Source: Hyphomicrobiales bacterium
Lineage (GTDB): Bacteria > Pseudomonadota > Alphaproteobacteria > Rhizobiales > Beijerinckiaceae
Assembly (NCBI GenBank): GCA_019075905.1
Contig: JAGXAM010000011.1
Coordinates: forward strand, 22,849 to 86,848
DNA length: 64,000 bases
Reading direction: 5' to 3'
The translations under genes and the position numbers were made by a program. The notes below the pieces were generated by a model. The model worked only from the letters and a program-made list of their open reading frames with translations. It made no database searches and was not told where the DNA came from. Each line of letters begins with the position of its first letter. Within the stretch, counting starts at the first letter, position 1. This document shows, piece by piece, positions 36,355 through 46,357 of the stretch.

Positions 36355-36891
36355 GTGACGACCTTCATCGCCCTGCTGCGTGCCGTCAATGTCGGCGGCA
36401 CCGGCAAGCTGCCGATGGCGCGGCTGCGGGCGCTATGCGCAGATGCGGGCTATGCCAATGTCCGCACCTATCTGGCCAGCGGCAATGTGATTTTTGACAC
36501 GAGCGACACCGCCGCCAGTGTCAAGGCCACACTTGAGGCAGCGCTTGAAGCCCTTGTGGGCAAGCCGGTCAGCGTGATCCTGCGCAGCGGGGCGCAAATG
36601 GCGGCCGTTCTGGTTGAAAATCCATTCAGCAATGCGCCGCCTGACCGGACCATCGCCATCTTTCTCGATGCGCCGCCGCCCACCACCTGGCGCGAAGGCA
36701 TCAGCGGCCGCCATGATGAGCACATCGCCGCCAGCCTTTGCGAAATCTATGTACATTACCCGAACGGGATCGGCGCCTCGAAGCTGCGTATCCGCGCCGC
36801 CGCGGCGGGCACCGGCCGCAATATGAACACGGTCGCGAACCTCGCCGCCCTGGCATCGCCCGCGCCGGGCGACGAGGCGCGAAGCCTGTAA
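36355..36891 (+). CDS. DUF1697-family protein
   Basis: N-terminus FIALLRAVNVGGTGKLPMARLR is characteristic of DUF1697. GTG start. Confidence 0.7.
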   Translation: MTTFIALLRAVNVGGTGKLPMARLRALCADAGYANVRTYLASGNVIFDTSDTAASVKATLEAALEALVGKPVSVILRSGAQMAAVLVENPFSNAPPDRTIAIFLDAPPPTTWREGISGRHDEHIAASLCEIYVHYPNGIGASKLRIRAAAAGTGRNMNTVANLAALASPAPGDEARSL

Positions 36892-36893
36892 CC

Positions 36894-37478
36894 TCAGCCG
36901 TGGATCGTCTCGCCGCGCTCCAGCATTTCAACATAAGACGCGATCTTGCGGGCGCGGGTCTCGGGCTTTTTCACCGCATGGATCCGGTACAGAAGGGCGT
37001 AGCGGTTCGCGCCTTTCAGCGTGGCAAAGAAAGCCGCCGCCTTCGGGTTGGCCTTCAGGGCTTCGACAAGATCAGGCGGCGGCTCGGCCCTGCTGGCCGG
37101 CGCATAGGCGCCAGCCCAGCGCCCGTCCGCCTTGGCCGATGCCACCGCGTCGAGACCCTCAAGCCGCATCCGCCCCTCGGCCATCAGGGCGCTCGCCCGC
37201 TCGCAATTTATTTGCGACCACCGGCTCGCCGGCTGACGCGCGGTAAAGCGGATCACCCAGTAATGGGCGTTATAACGACCGATCTGGCCATCGATCCAGC
37301 CATGGCACAGCGCCGCATCAAGGGCCTCGGCCTTGGCAAGGGTTGGCACCGGAGCACCCTTCTTTGCAAATTTCAGCCATGCCCCGGCACTGCTGGCACC
37401 ATGGGTTTCGAGCCAGCTCGCAAACGCGTCCGCATCGGCGAAGGTCAAAACCGGCAAGCCGGCGCGCATCTCGTCCAT
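36894..37478 (-). CDS. YdeI/OmpD-associated family protein
   Basis: 194 aa. WLKFAKKG.., CHGWIDGQ.., YRIHAVKKPETRARKI are typical of the YdeI family. Confidence 0.7.
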   Translation of the reverse strand: MDEMRAGLPVLTFADADAFASWLETHGASSAGAWLKFAKKGAPVPTLAKAEALDAALCHGWIDGQIGRYNAHYWVIRFTARQPASRWSQINCERASALMAEGRMRLEGLDAVASAKADGRWAGAYAPASRAEPPPDLVEALKANPKAAAFFATLKGANRYALLYRIHAVKKPETRARKIASYVEMLERGETIHG

Positions 37479-37563
37479 GGCAGGCCTCTCGGGATCATCA
37501 GGCGGGCAAGCGCGGACGAGATGTCCGGTAGCCCCGCCAACCTGTCAAGTACCCTGTCGCAGA

Positions 37564-38790
37564 TCACCCCGCGCGGCGTTGCTGCTGCAACCACAAGATC
37601 AGCCGCCGCGCCGCCTCGCTGACATCGGCCGTTTTCGGGGCAAAGCACATGCGCACGAAGGCAGCGCCGCCCGGCCCGAAAGCCGTGCCCGGCGCCACCC
37701 CGACATTGGCCTCTTCCACCAGACGCAGCGCCAGCGCCCGGGTGTCGGCATAGCCATTGAGGCGGGCATAAAGATAAAAAGCTCCCTGCGGGGGGGCAAA
37801 ATCAACGCCGCCGCCCTTGGTGAGCGCGCCCATCAGCACCTCGCGGTTGCTGGCGCAACGGCGCGCCTGCGCCAGCAGGAACTTATCGCCCTCCTCGAGC
37901 GCCGTCACAGCTGCGCGCTGGATCGGCACCGGCACACCCGACGTGCTGTACTGGATGAGATTGGCTACCAGCGGCCCCAGCGCGGCCGGCGCTTCCAGCC
38001 AGCCGATGCGCAAGCCGGTCATCGCCCAGTTTTTCGACATGGTCTGGATGAACATCACCTTGTCATCGGCATGGATGATGTCGTGAAATGATGGTGCCCG
38101 CGGCCCGTCATAATAGAGCCGGCCGTAGATTTCGTCGGCAATGATCCACAAATCATGGCGCCGCGCCAGATCCAGCACCGCCTGCAGTTCGTCGAGGCTG
38201 GCCACCCAGCCGGTCGGGTTGGAGGGCGAATTGATGACGATCACCCGCGTTGCCGGACCAATCGCCGCCGCCATGGCCTCAAGGTCGAGCGACCATTTCA
38301 TCGTCTGGCCGGTGCCGGCAACCTGCATCGGCACCTCGCGCACCCTGGCACCGGCGACGGTGAAGGCACCGACGAAATTGGGCCATGCCGGCGTTGGCAC
38401 GATCACCTCATCGCCAAGCCCGGCGACCAGCCGCGTTGCCGCCTGCAGCGCATGCATGCCGCCAATGGTCACGAAAAACCGCTCAGGCTCGAACCGGCCC
38501 TCATGATCAGCATAAGGCGTGCCATAGGCCCGCGTCATATAGGCGGCGATAGCCTGCCGCAATTCCGGCAGACCGCATTGATACGTATAGAAAGTTTCGC
38601 CCTGCGCCAGCGATCTGGTGATGGCCTCGCAAATGAAATCCGGTGTCGATGCATCGCCCTCGCCCACCCACAGCGGGATCAGGCCCTGACGCCCGCGCCC
38701 GGCATCAAACACTTCCACGATGCCGCTTTTGGGGGCCGCGAGCGCTTCCGGCCGCAGCCGCCAGGTGGGATCTTCGAGACTGGATTTCAT
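37564..38790 (-). CDS. PLP-dependent aminotransferase, class I/II (aspartate/aromatic-type)
   Basis: 408 aa. SPSNPTGW and TMSKNWAMTGLRIGW (PLP-Lys region). Confidence 0.9.
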   Translation of the reverse strand: MKSSLEDPTWRLRPEALAAPKSGIVEVFDAGRGRQGLIPLWVGEGDASTPDFICEAITRSLAQGETFYTYQCGLPELRQAIAAYMTRAYGTPYADHEGRFEPERFFVTIGGMHALQAATRLVAGLGDEVIVPTPAWPNFVGAFTVAGARVREVPMQVAGTGQTMKWSLDLEAMAAAIGPATRVIVINSPSNPTGWVASLDELQAVLDLARRHDLWIIADEIYGRLYYDGPRAPSFHDIIHADDKVMFIQTMSKNWAMTGLRIGWLEAPAALGPLVANLIQYSTSGVPVPIQRAAVTALEEGDKFLLAQARRCASNREVLMGALTKGGGVDFAPPQGAFYLYARLNGYADTRALALRLVEEANVGVAPGTAFGPGGAAFVRMCFAPKTADVSEAARRLILWLQQQRRAG

Positions 38791-38840
38791 GGCATTCGGC
38801 CTTGGGTTCGGTGGCGCAGGCCCGACGGCGTGCGGCTATA

Positions 38841-38870
38841 ATCAAAGCGCGGCCCCTTGCGAGGGCCGCG
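38841..38870 (-). terminator. candidate intrinsic terminator after mscL
   Basis: Minus strand: CGCGGCCC-TCGCAAG-GGGCCGCG, then CTTTGATT (weak U tract). Confidence 0.45.
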
Positions 38871-38897
38871 TCTCTCTTCACGACACGTCTTAAGGGA

Positions 38898-39314
38898 TCA
38901 GCGCTTGGCGAGCAAATCGCGGATTTCCGTCAGCAGCTGCTGTTCCGCGCTGGGCGCGGGCGGCGCCGGAGGGGCGGCAGCCTCTTCCTTTTTCAGTCTC
39001 GAAAGGCCGCGAACGATAAAGAACAGCACCAGCGCGATGATCAGGAAGTTGAAGCAAACCTGAATGAAATTACCCCATGCCCAGACCGCACCCTGCTTCT
39101 TGGCATCGGCCAGGGCCGCGGCGGTCACCTTGGCGCTCAAGGGAATGAAATGGTTGGAAAAATCCACCCCGCCAGTCAACAGGCCAACCAGTGGCATGAT
39201 GATATCTTCAACCAGGGAAGCGACAATCTTGCCGAAGGCCGCACCAATCACCACACCGATGGCGAGGTCGACGGCATTCCCCTTTATGGCAAAATCCCTG
39301 AAATCCTTTAGCAT
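38898..39314 (-). CDS. mscL: large-conductance mechanosensitive channel
   Basis: [31 protein letters not shown].. is the classic MscL N-terminus. 138 aa. Confidence 0.95.
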   Translation of the reverse strand: MLKDFRDFAIKGNAVDLAIGVVIGAAFGKIVASLVEDIIMPLVGLLTGGVDFSNHFIPLSAKVTAAALADAKKQGAVWAWGNFIQVCFNFLIIALVLFFIVRGLSRLKKEEAAAPPAPPAPSAEQQLLTEIRDLLAKR

Positions 39315-39430
39315 AGCTCCCTCTCCTCAATAGCAAAACAATATCGTCATTTGCTTGCCGGCGCCTATCCCAGGTCACCGCGCCCCCGCGCAAACGTTAT
39401 ACTCAACTTGCGGCCAGGGCAGGATAAGTG

Positions 39431-39556
39431 CAATTGATTAGAGCGCAAGCGAAAAATGCAACTCGGGCGGCGCCTCGGCAATTGCCGCACAGCTATCGCA
39501 AGACAGGGGCAACAATTGTTGCAAAGCGGCCAAAGCTGGCTCACATTGCAACGCGT
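39431..39556. promoter_or_regulatory. cluster of perfect palindromes with CAATTG/TTGCAA cores upstream of the hybrid sensor kinase
   Basis: CAATTG at 39431-39436. GGCAATTGCC at 39477-39486. GCAACAATTGTTGC (14-bp perfect palindrome) at 39509-39522. TTGCAA/ACGCGT at 39547-39556. Confidence 0.3.
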
Positions 39557-39603
39557 GCCGCAGCGCAGGCATTGGCGGCGGCTTTCCGGGGTTGAAAGTT
39601 TCG

Positions 39604-42600
39604 ATGTCAAGCACTGAAGTCATCGTCGTCGCTCTGGGCTATCTTGCTATCATGTTTGCCGTCGCCTCCTGGGGCGATGCCAATGGTGTTCGCATTTTCA
39701 AGGGCCACCGTCGCAGCCTGCTTTATGCGCTGGGGCTGGGCGTCTACTGCACATCATGGACGTTTTACGGCTCGGTCGGCCTCGCCAGTAGTACCGGTTT
39801 TGATTTTATTCCAGTTTATCTTGGTCCGATACTCGTTCTGATCTTCGGCCGTCGTCTCATCGTGCGGGCGCTGGAACTGATCCAGTCGCAGCACATCACC
39901 TCCATCGCGGACTTTATGTCGGCACGCTATGGCAAGCGCGAATCGGTGGCTGCGACCGTCGCGCTGATCATGGTCATAGGCACGGTGCCCTATATTGCCC
40001 TGCAGATCAAGGCCATCTCCAGCTCAATGGTTCTGGTCGAAAATTCGCGAATCGACCTCTCCGCCGACCAGATCGCCGCCATGGCGGTGCATGCCGGGCT
40101 GGTGGTGTCCGGCCTGCTGGCGCTGTTTGCCATGGCTTTCGGCACGCGCCGGATCGAGGCGACCGAGCATCAGGATGGCCTGATGTTCGCCATCGCCATC
40201 GAATCGGTGGTGAAATTGCTGGCCTTTCTCAGCATCGGCATTCTCGTCACCTGGGGCCTGTTTCCCGGGCCCTCGCAATTGCTGCGCGCCGCCATGACGC
40301 AAGCCGATGTCCGCGAGATTTTCACCCATGGCCTGTCGCTGACCGACTGGATCGTCGTGACCCTGCTGTCGGGCATGGCGGTGATGCTGCTGCCGCGCCA
40401 GTTCCATGTCATGTTCGTGGAAAACCGCGACCGCCGCGATGTCGAGCGCGCGGCCATGATTTTCCCGACCTACCTGGTGCTGATCAACCTGTTCGTCGTG
40501 CCCATTGCCATGGCGGGCCTGCTGCGCCTGCCGCAGGCCGGGCTCGACCGCGACTGGACGGTGCTGGCCCTGCCGCTCGCCTCCCATCATGCCATCATTG
40601 CCCTGGTGGCAATGATCGGTGGATTTTCGGCGGCGACAGCCATGGTCATTGTCGCCTGTGTCGCCTTGTCGATCATGGTCTCCAATGATCTGGTCATCCC
40701 GATGCTGTTGCGCTGGCGTGCCTTGCGCCCGCGCGCCGGCACCGCCGACATTACGGTGCTGATCCTGCTGATCCGCCGCGTCGCCATCGTCGCTATCATC
40801 GCCTGCGCCTATATCTATTTGCGCTTTACCGATGACCAGGCGCTGGTCTCCATAGGATTATTATCCTTTGTCGCCATTGCCCAGGTCGCGCCGGCCTTTA
40901 TCGGCGGCATTTATTGGCGCGGTGGCACGGCGCGCGGCGTGCTGGCCGGCCTGATCATCGGCTTTATCGCCTGGTTTGGGCTGCTGTTCCTGCCCTCGCT
41001 GTTTCCGACCGGGCCGCAGATACCGGACTGGATGCTGGCCGCCCAGGCCAGCCAGTGGCTGCAAGTGCACCTTGGCCTCAACCTGTCAGCCCTGTCCTGC
41101 GGCGCGCTGATCAGTCTGGCGCTCAATATTTCAGTCTTTGTCGCCGTCTCGCGCAGCAGCCAGCAGACGATGATCGAGCAGTTGCAGACCCGCATTTTCG
41201 TTGGCGGCAACACCGCCGGCGTCACCCGCGATACTGCCAAGCCATGGCGCAGCCGCCTCAGCGCCGCCGAACTCGAATCCACAGTCGCCCGTTATCTTGG
41301 CGCCGATCGCGCCCGCCGTGCCTTTGCCGCCTATGCGGCCCGGCGCGGCCGCCCGCTCGACAAGGGCGGCGAGATCGATATCGAGACCATGCGCTTTGCC
41401 GAACAGACCCTCGCCTCGGTAATTGGCGCCGCCTCGGCCCGCCTCGTCCTGTCGCTGACCTTGCGCCAGCATAATTTCTCGCGCACCGCGGCGCTGGAAA
41501 TCGTCGATGAGGCCTCCGCCGCCATCCGCGACAGCCAGAACCTGCTGCAACACGCCATTGATTTTGCCCAGCAGGGCATCACCGTGTTCGATTCCCATCT
41601 GCAGTTGGTGTTCTGGAATCGCGAATTCATCGAGATGTTCAATTTCCCCCCCAACCAGTTGCGCATGGGCATGAAGCTTGAGGAAATCGTGCGCAACAAC
41701 ATTGCCCGTGGCATTTACGGGCCAGGCGATCCCGAGACCCTGGTCGCCCGGCGCATTGAATTCCTGACCAACCGCAACGAGCCCTCGCGCCTGCGCCTTG
41801 GCGGCCATGACGGCCGCCCGGCCATTGTTATCGAAGTTCGTTCGTCGCGCATGCCGGAGGGCGGCCTCGTCACCACCTATTCGGACGTGTCGCTGCAGGT
41901 TGAGGCCGAGGAGACGCTGGGCGCGGTCAATGAGACGCTGGAACAGCGCGTGCGCGAGCGCACCGATGAACTCACCCGCCTCAATGCCGAACTGGAGCGG
42001 GCCCGCGCCTCGGCCGAAGATGCCAACCAGTCAAAAACCCGGTTCCTGGCCGCTGCCAGCCATGATATTTTGCAACCCCTGAACGCTGCCAGATTATTCT
42101 CGACCGCACTCGTTGAGCGCGGCAATCCCGGTGCCGAACCCATGGCCCCGCAGGAGAGCGCCGACCTCGCCCGCAAGATCGATGCCTCGCTGGAGGCGGT
42201 CGAGGAAATCCTCACCGCCCTGCTCGACATGTCGCGTCTCGATGCCGGCGCGATGAAGGCGGAGACGACGGTGTTCCGCATTGACGATATTCTCAACCAG
42301 CTGAAACTGGAATTTGCCCCACTCGCCGAAGAAAAGCACCTGAAACTGACTTTTGCTCCCTGCCATCATGCAGTGCGCTCCGACCGGCGCCTGCTGCGCC
42401 GCCTCTTGCAAAATCTGGTGTCCAACGCCATAAAATACACGCCCAAGGGCCGCGTGCTGGTCGGGTGCCGGGTGCGCCGCGGACGCCTGAAAATCCAAAT
42501 CTGGGACACCGGCCTCGGCATTCCCGAAAACAAGCACAAGATCGTGTTTCAGGAATTCGAGCGGCTGGAATCAGGCGCCCGCACCGCCCACGGCCTCGGG

Positions 42601-43155
42601 CTCGGCCTGTCGATCGTCGAGCGCATCGCCCGCGTGCTCGGGCATCGCATCTTCCTTGAATCCTGGCCTGGCAGGGGCTCGATGTTCGCGGTCGAGGTGC
42701 CGGTGGCGGCAACCCTGCCAAGCCGTGTCGCCGTGCCAGAAAGCCAGGCGACGCCGCGCCACCTGCCCCTCGAAGGCCTCAAGGTCATCGCCATCGATGA
42801 TGAGGCGCGCATTCTCGAAGGCATGACGGTGCTGCTGGAAGGCTGGGGCTGTCAGGTCATGACCGCTCTCGGCCTCAGCGGCGCCGCCGAGCACCTGCGC
42901 GCCCTCAATGAGGTTCCGGATGCGATTCTCGCCGATTATCACCTCGGCGATGAGCTCGGCATTGATGTGATTGCGGCGCTGCGGGCCGAATTCGGCATGC
43001 AGATCCCCGCCATCCTGATGACCGCCGACCGCAGCCAAGGCGTGCGGCTCGAAGCCACCATGCGCGAGATCAACCTCTTGCACAAGCCGGTGAAACCGGC
43101 CGCCCTGCGGGCATTGCTGACGCAATGGCGCGTCGCCCGCCAGGCGGCCGAATAA
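39604..43155 (+). CDS. hybrid sensor histidine kinase/response regulator with N-terminal sodium:solute-symporter (SLC5/SSS) domain, STAC, PAS, HisKA, HATPase_c and REC (CrbS-like architecture)
   Basis: About 13 TM helices occupy the first ~520 aa. STAC-like segment LSAAELESTVARYLGADRARRAF... PAS QGITVFDSHLQLVFWNREFIEMF. H-box SKTRFLAAASHDILQPL. N/G boxes NLVSNAIKYTP, WDTGLGIP, GLGLGLSIV. Receiver VIAIDDE..ILADYHLGD..LHKPV. Start is ATG 39604 or ATG 39592. Confidence 0.9.
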   Translation: MSSTEVIVVALGYLAIMFAVASWGDANGVRIFKGHRRSLLYALGLGVYCTSWTFYGSVGLASSTGFDFIPVYLGPILVLIFGRRLIVRALELIQSQHITSIADFMSARYGKRESVAATVALIMVIGTVPYIALQIKAISSSMVLVENSRIDLSADQIAAMAVHAGLVVSGLLALFAMAFGTRRIEATEHQDGLMFAIAIESVVKLLAFLSIGILVTWGLFPGPSQLLRAAMTQADVREIFTHGLSLTDWIVVTLLSGMAVMLLPRQFHVMFVENRDRRDVERAAMIFPTYLVLINLFVVPIAMAGLLRLPQAGLDRDWTVLALPLASHHAIIALVAMIGGFSAATAMVIVACVALSIMVSNDLVIPMLLRWRALRPRAGTADITVLILLIRRVAIVAIIACAYIYLRFTDDQALVSIGLLSFVAIAQVAPAFIGGIYWRGGTARGVLAGLIIGFIAWFGLLFLPSLFPTGPQIPDWMLAAQASQWLQVHLGLNLSALSCGALISLALNISVFVAVSRSSQQTMIEQLQTRIFVGGNTAGVTRDTAKPWRSRLSAAELESTVARYLGADRARRAFAAYAARRGRPLDKGGEIDIETMRFAEQTLASVIGAASARLVLSLTLRQHNFSRTAALEIVDEASAAIRDSQNLLQHAIDFAQQGITVFDSHLQLVFWNREFIEMFNFPPNQLRMGMKLEEIVRNNIARGIYGPGDPETLVARRIEFLTNRNEPSRLRLGGHDGRPAIVIEVRSSRMPEGGLVTTYSDVSLQVEAEETLGAVNETLEQRVRERTDELTRLNAELERARASAEDANQSKTRFLAAASHDILQPLNAARLFSTALVERGNPGAEPMAPQESADLARKIDASLEAVEEILTALLDMSRLDAGAMKAETTVFRIDDILNQLKLEFAPLAEEKHLKLTFAPCHHAVRSDRRLLRRLLQNLVSNAIKYTPKGRVLVGCRVRRGRLKIQIWDTGLGIPENKHKIVFQEFERLESGARTAHGLGLGLSIVERIARVLGHRIFLESWPGRGSMFAVEVPVAATLPSRVAVPESQATPRHLPLEGLKVIAIDDEARILEGMTVLLEGWGCQVMTALGLSGAAEHLRALNEVPDAILADYHLGDELGIDVIAALRAEFGMQIPAILMTADRSQGVRLEATMREINLLHKPVKPAALRALLTQWRVARQAAE

Positions 43156-43161
43156 GCCCCC

Positions 43162-43785
43162 TCATGGCACCCGGAAACCTGCCCTGCCGGAGGTGATCGC
43201 ATCTTCCAGCAATTCCAGCCGGTCCTGGCCCCAGAATAATTCGCCATCGCGCACATAGGTCGGCGAGCCAAAAATCCCCAGCGCCACAGCGGCACGGCTG
43301 GCAGCCTCATAGGCCGCAAGGGCCGGGGCGCTCCCGGCCACCGCGACCAGCGCCGGGCCATCAGCCCCGGTCTCGTTCAGCAGGCCCGTCAGCGTCGCCG
43401 CATCCGCGCCATCGCGCTCATGCGCAAACGTCGCCGCAAACAGCCGCGCCATGAAGCCCGGCACATCACCGCCCGCCGCCCCGAGCGCGGCAACACAGCA
43501 ATCGGCCAGCGTCGGGTTCATCGGAAAATATTTCGGCTTGAGCTGCAGCTCGACGCCGCGCTTTTCGCGCCAGCGCTGCAATTCCACCAGCCGGTAGGCC
43601 TGACGCGCAGGATGGCGCTTGGCCAGCGGCAACCCGCCGGTTTCAGGAAATACCATGCCGAGATTGACCGGATGATAGATGATGCGCAATCCGTGGCGGC
43701 GCGCCATATCGACGAATTTCTGGTGCCCGAGATAGGCCCAGGGGCTGGTCATGGAGAAATAATAGTCGATGTTTTGATCAGGCAT
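43162..43785 (-). CDS. 2-hydroxychromene-2-carboxylate isomerase / DsbA-like thioredoxin-fold protein
   Basis: Start at MPDQNIDYYFSMTSPWAYLG. C-terminal FGSPTYVRDGELFWGQDRL is typical of the HCCA isomerase family. Confidence 0.8.
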   Translation of the reverse strand: MPDQNIDYYFSMTSPWAYLGHQKFVDMARRHGLRIIYHPVNLGMVFPETGGLPLAKRHPARQAYRLVELQRWREKRGVELQLKPKYFPMNPTLADCCVAALGAAGGDVPGFMARLFAATFAHERDGADAATLTGLLNETGADGPALVAVAGSAPALAAYEAASRAAVALGIFGSPTYVRDGELFWGQDRLELLEDAITSGRAGFRVP

Positions 43786-43896
43786 TGGCGCTATCCGGCC
43801 CTTGTGGAGTGAGATCGGCATTGGCAAGGCTATTGAGCTGCCAAGGTATCATGTTAGCTTTGGCACCGGCATTGAATCAAGCGACCCGGGGGCGTC

Positions 43897-45567
43897 ATGC
43901 AGGCGGATATTGAGATTGCGCGGGCCGCGAGGCTGCGCGCCATAGCCGATGTTGCCGCCGACCTCGGCGTGCCGGGTGACGCGCTGCATCCTTATGGTCG
44001 CCATATCGCCAAGCTCGACGCCGCTTTCATCGCTGCCCTGCCGGAGCGCCCGCAAGGCCGGCTGGTGCTGGTGACCGCCATTTCGCCGACACCGGCCGGC
44101 GAGGGCAAGACCACGACGACGGTCGGCCTTGGCGATGGCCTGCGGGCGCTGGGGGCCAAAACCGCCATTTGCCTGCGCGAGCCCTCGCTCGGCCCGTCCT
44201 TCGGCATGAAGGGCGGTGCGGCGGGCGGCGGCATGGCCCAGGTGGTGCCGATGGAGCAGATCAACCTGCATTTCACCGGCGACTTTCATGCCATAACCAG
44301 CGCCCATAACCTGCTGGCAGCGCTGATCGACAATCACCTGCATTGGGGCAACAGGCTCGGCCTTGATCCGCGCCGCATCACCTGGCGACGCGCGCTCGAC
44401 ATGAATGACCGCGCCCTGCGCAACATCGTGCTCGGCCTTGGCGGCCCGGCCCATGGCCTGCCGCGCGAGAGCGGCTTTGACATCACCGTCGCCTCGGAAG
44501 TCATGGCCGTATTTTGCCTCGCCCGCGACCTTGATGAACTCGAAGCCCGGCTCGGGGCCATGGTGATCGGCCTCACGCAGGATGGCCGCATGGTCAGCGC
44601 GGCTGACCTCGATGCCGCCGGGGCCATGACCGTGCTGCTCAAGGATGCGCTGCAACCCAATCTCGTGCAAAGCCTTGGCGGAACACCTGCTTTTGTTCAT
44701 GGCGGCCCCTTTGCCAACATTGCCCATGGCTGCAATTCGCTGGTGGCTACCGGCACGGCGCTGCGCCTTGCCGATTATGTCGTCACCGAAGCCGGCTTTG
44801 GCGCCGATCTTGGTGCCGAGAAATTCTTCGACATCAAATGCCGCAAGGGCGGCCTCGCCCCGGACGCGGTCGTACTGGTGGCAACAATCAGGGCGTTGAA
44901 GATGCACGGCGGCATGGCCCGCAGCGATCTCGGCAAAGAGAACATCGCCGCGCTCAGGCTCGGTGCCGCCAATCTCGCCCGCCATCTTGCCAATGTACGG
45001 CGATTTGGCGTGCCTGTGGTGGTGGCTATCAATCATTTTGCCACCGACACGCCGGCCGAACATGCCTGCCTCAAGGAAATTTGCGCCGGATTGGGCGTCG
45101 AGGCCCATACCTGCCGGCACTGGGCGGAAGGTGGCGCCGGTGCCCTCGAACTGGCAAAGGCCGTCAAGAGCCTGGCCGATTCAGGCACCGCGAGGTTTCA
45201 GCCGCTTTATGGCGATGACCTGCCGCTGGTCGAGAAATTGCGGCGCATTGCCCGCGACATCTATGGCGCCGCCGACATCGAGGTCTCGGCGAAACTGCAG
45301 CAGCAATTCGCTGACCTTCAGGCGCGCGGCTATGGCGGGCTGCCGGTCTGCGTCGCCAAGACGCAATATTCTTTCTCAGCTGATCCTGAGCGGCGCGGCG
45401 CCCCGGAAGGGCATATCCTGCCACTGCGTGAACTGCGCCTTGCCGCTGGTGCCGGCTTTGTTGTCGCCATCTGCGGCGACGTCATGACCATGCCCGGCCT
45501 GCCGCGCGAGCCTGCGGCCCTGCGCATAAAAATCAATGCGCAGGGCGAGGTCGAAGGCCTGTTCTGA
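43897..45567 (+). CDS. fhs: formate--tetrahydrofolate ligase
   Basis: 556 aa. [15 protein letters not shown] and [14 protein letters not shown] motifs. Confidence 0.97.
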   Translation: MQADIEIARAARLRAIADVAADLGVPGDALHPYGRHIAKLDAAFIAALPERPQGRLVLVTAISPTPAGEGKTTTTVGLGDGLRALGAKTAICLREPSLGPSFGMKGGAAGGGMAQVVPMEQINLHFTGDFHAITSAHNLLAALIDNHLHWGNRLGLDPRRITWRRALDMNDRALRNIVLGLGGPAHGLPRESGFDITVASEVMAVFCLARDLDELEARLGAMVIGLTQDGRMVSAADLDAAGAMTVLLKDALQPNLVQSLGGTPAFVHGGPFANIAHGCNSLVATGTALRLADYVVTEAGFGADLGAEKFFDIKCRKGGLAPDAVVLVATIRALKMHGGMARSDLGKENIAALRLGAANLARHLANVRRFGVPVVVAINHFATDTPAEHACLKEICAGLGVEAHTCRHWAEGGAGALELAKAVKSLADSGTARFQPLYGDDLPLVEKLRRIARDIYGAADIEVSAKLQQQFADLQARGYGGLPVCVAKTQYSFSADPERRGAPEGHILPLRELRLAAGAGFVVAICGDVMTMPGLPREPAALRIKINAQGEVEGLF

Positions 45568-45572
45568 TGTGA

Positions 45573-46025
45573 TCAGGCGGCGCGGGCCTGGCGCACCGGT
45601 GCCTCGATTCGTGCCAGCACCCCGGCTTCGCGCAAAAGCTGCCTGATCTCGGCCGGCTTGGCGCCTGAAGGGATGCAAATGAAGGCAATATCCGCCTTTT
45701 TGGCCACGGCAGCCTTGAGACGATCCAGCGCCGGATCATGGCAGGCACCAAGCAGGTCAATGAAAGCCAAAGGATAGCGGCCCTTGTCGACGATCAGAAA
45801 ATCCGGGCGCACGTTTTTGACCGTGTCATAATGCGGCCCGTTCTTGAAAACGGCACCAAAACTGACTTGCGCATGCACCTGCAAACCTGGCTCGAATTCA
45901 TCATCGAGCAAGGCATGACGCAGCGTATCGTGCATGTCCTCCTCAACCCACTTCATCAATTCAACCTTGGTCAAGTTATAATTCGACGTTTCGAGGCTTG
46001 CGGCGAGAATATCTGCGAGTTCCAT
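45573..46025 (-). CDS. hypothetical protein, possibly DUF2726 / PD-(D/E)xK-like fold
   Basis: 150-aa ORF with visibly lower GC than its neighbours and an AT-rich upstream region. The VRPDFLIVDKGRYPLAFIDLLG segment resembles the DUF2726 core (recollection-level). Convergent with fhs, with only a 5-nt gap. Confidence 0.5.
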   Translation of the reverse strand: MELADILAASLETSNYNLTKVELMKWVEEDMHDTLRHALLDDEFEPGLQVHAQVSFGAVFKNGPHYDTVKNVRPDFLIVDKGRYPLAFIDLLGACHDPALDRLKAAVAKKADIAFICIPSGAKPAEIRQLLREAGVLARIEAPVRQARAA

Positions 46026-46218
46026 GCGATTGCCTTTCCCAGTAGCAATCAGGAAGCTAAGAAACGTCTATAAATTTGACGATAAAATACTTGGAAAGCA
46101 AATATAAAAAATTTTCAGTCAAATTTTAGCGAAATTTCGGGTTCCCTGTGCGGCGGTGATGGCATGGCCGCGCCCCTTGCGAAACCCGCATCCTTGATGC
46201 TACATCGCTCGCCTCGAA

Positions 46219-46292
46219 GGCCTCGTGGCGGAATGGTTACGTAGCGGACTGCAAATCCGCGTATCCCGGTTCGATTCCGGGCGAGGCCTCCA
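46219..46292 (+). tRNA. tRNA-Cys (anticodon GCA), encoded CCA
   Basis: Acceptor GGCCTCG/CGAGGCC, anticodon stem GCGGA/TCCGC with loop CTGCAAA, T arm CCCGG-TTCGATT-CCGGG. The D stem carries the G13:A22-type mismatch, like E. coli tRNA-Cys. Confidence 0.95.
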
Positions 46293-46357
46293 TCGTTTCT
46301 GCCCATATCAGGCGCTCCCCCGATACCGGGCCAGACAGCGCCCTTCGGCCCGCGGGC

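Noticed and set aside
46219-46357. A genomic island integrated at tRNA-Cys, delimited by a duplicated tRNA 3' end.
   Set aside because: No second copy of the GGTTCGATTCCGGGCGAGGCC segment and no integrase are visible in the window. Only the small lower-GC ORF on the 5' side hints at foreign DNA, and that is reported separately at modest interest.
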